DNA from: a virus
Lineage: Duplodnaviria > Heunggongvirae > Uroviricota > Caudoviricetes
IMG/VR virus record: IMGVR_UViG_2778261300_000003
Strand: one strand, 5' to 3'
Length of the DNA stretch: 16,753 nt
This document shows, in pieces, positions 15,473 to 16,753 of the stretch. A program made the position numbers and the translations under genes. Each line of letters starts with the position of its first letter. Position 1 is the first letter of the stretch. The notes below the pieces were generated by a model. That model was not told where the DNA came from. It saw nothing but the letters and a program-made list of their open reading frames with translations, and made no database searches.

Positions 15473-16753
15473 ATGAAATATCCGACAGGCGTGGAAAACC
15501 ATGGAGGGAAATTACGTATCTGGTTTGTTTATAAAGACGTAAGAGTCAGGGAAAATCTGGGGGTTCCTGACACAGCAAAAAACAGGCGCGTTGCAGGTGA
15601 ACTACGCTCCTCTGTTTGTTACGCAATAAAAACTGGTGTTTTCGACTATGCAAAACAGTTTCCCTCCTCACGCAATCTGGAAAAATTTGGTGAGGCCCGA
15701 CAAGATTTAACCATAAAAGAACTGGCTGAAAAATTTCTGGCACTGAAAGAAACTGAAGTCGCCAAAACATCACTCAACACATACCGTGCCGTCATCAAAA
15801 ATATCCTGAGCATAATCGGTGAAAAAAATCTTGCCTCATCGATTAATAAAGAAAAATTACTGGAGGTTCGTAAAGAGTTACTGACTGGATACCAGATCCC
15901 CAAAAGTAACTATATTGTTACACAACCAGGGAGATCGGCTGTAACTGTAAATAATTACATGACAAATCTTAACGCCGTGTTCCAGTTTGGTGTTGATAAC
16001 GGTTACCTGGCAGATAATCCGTTTAAGGGGATCTCGCCATTAAAGGAATCAAGAACCATTCCGGATCCTCTTTCGCGGGAAGAATTTATCCGTCTTATCG
16101 ATGCGTGCAGAAATCAGCAAGCAAAAAATTTATGGTGTGTTTCTGTTTATACTGGAGTTCGCCCTGGTGAGCTGTGTGCACTTGGATGGGAGGACATAGA
16201 TCTGAAAAATGGAACAATGATGATCAGGAGAAATTTAGCAAAAGACCGTTTCACGGTACCAAAAACACAGGCGGGAACCAATCGGGTCATTCATCTTATT
16301 AAGCCAGCAATCGACGCTCTCCGGAGTCAGATGACATTAACGAGACTGAGCAAAGAGCATATCATTGATGTTCACCTCAGAGAGTATGGCAGAACAGAAA
16401 AACAAAAATGCACCTTTGTTTTTCAACCTGAAGTGTCAGCGAGAGTAAAAAATTATGGTGACCATTTTACCGTTGACTCAATAAGGCAGATGTGGGACGC
16501 AGCGATAAAACGTGCCGGACTCCGCCATCGAAAATCATATCAGTCGAGACATACTTATGCCTGCTGGTCGCTGACAGCTGGTGCTAACCCGGCATTTATA
16601 GCAAACCAGATGGGCCATGCAGATGCGCAAATGGTATTTCAGGTATACGGAAAATGGATGTCTGAAAACAATAATGCACAGGTAGCTTTGTTAAATACAC
16701 AGTTAAGCGAGTTTGCCCCAACCATGCCCCATAACGAAGCAATGAAAAATTAA
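15473..16753 (+). CDS. Tyrosine-type site-specific integrase (phage integrase family), 426 aa
   Basis: ATG at 15473 (an upstream ATG at 15458 lacks an SD). Catalytic-domain signatures: TGVRPGELCALGWEDIDL, RHTYACWSLTAGANPAFIANQMGHAD, VYGKW (catalytic Tyr region). Stop TAA is the last three bases of the window. Confidence 0.9.
   Translation: MKYPTGVENHGGKLRIWFVYKDVRVRENLGVPDTAKNRRVAGELRSSVCYAIKTGVFDYAKQFPSSRNLEKFGEARQDLTIKELAEKFLALKETEVAKTSLNTYRAVIKNILSIIGEKNLASSINKEKLLEVRKELLTGYQIPKSNYIVTQPGRSAVTVNNYMTNLNAVFQFGVDNGYLADNPFKGISPLKESRTIPDPLSREEFIRLIDACRNQQAKNLWCVSVYTGVRPGELCALGWEDIDLKNGTMMIRRNLAKDRFTVPKTQAGTNRVIHLIKPAIDALRSQMTLTRLSKEHIIDVHLREYGRTEKQKCTFVFQPEVSARVKNYGDHFTVDSIRQMWDAAIKRAGLRHRKSYQSRHTYACWSLTAGANPAFIANQMGHADAQMVFQVYGKWMSENNNAQVALLNTQLSEFAPTMPHNEAMKN

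Noticed and set aside
15546-15903. ORFs 15546..15773 (-) and 15646..15903 (-)
   Set aside because: Antisense to the integrase gene.

Overview
The whole window lies inside a compact, defective lambdoid prophage of the Qin/DLP12 type (Enterobacteriaceae, probably Escherichia/Shigella), lying in reverse lambda orientation. From left to right: a partial FI-like packaging gene, an intact lambda-E-like major capsid gene, a head-decoration (D) C-terminal remnant fused out of frame to a truncated Nu1 small-terminase gene, a recognisable cos site, a moron cluster (YnfO-like, DUF1398, GnsB-like, three CspA-family cold-shock genes), a phage-21-type lysis cassette (pinholin, SAR endolysin, Rz with embedded Rz1), a Q antiterminator with late promoter and terminator, YdfU-like and Rem-like genes, a divergent DicC/DicA immunity switch with palindromic operators, the ydfABC-dicF-dicB-ydfD operon, a large RecE-like exonuclease gene, excisionase and a tyrosine integrase ending at the window edge. 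No terminase large subunit, portal, replication genes, tRNA, CRISPR array or IS element is visible. The most unusual element is the 823-aa exonuclease: its C-terminus carries clear DEDDh (DnaQ-like) 3'-5' exonuclease motifs rather than the PD-(D/E)XK nuclease of canonical RecE, and no annealase gene follows it. All family assignments come from reading the translations and from recollection of lambda and E. coli K-12 prophage proteins; no database search was run.
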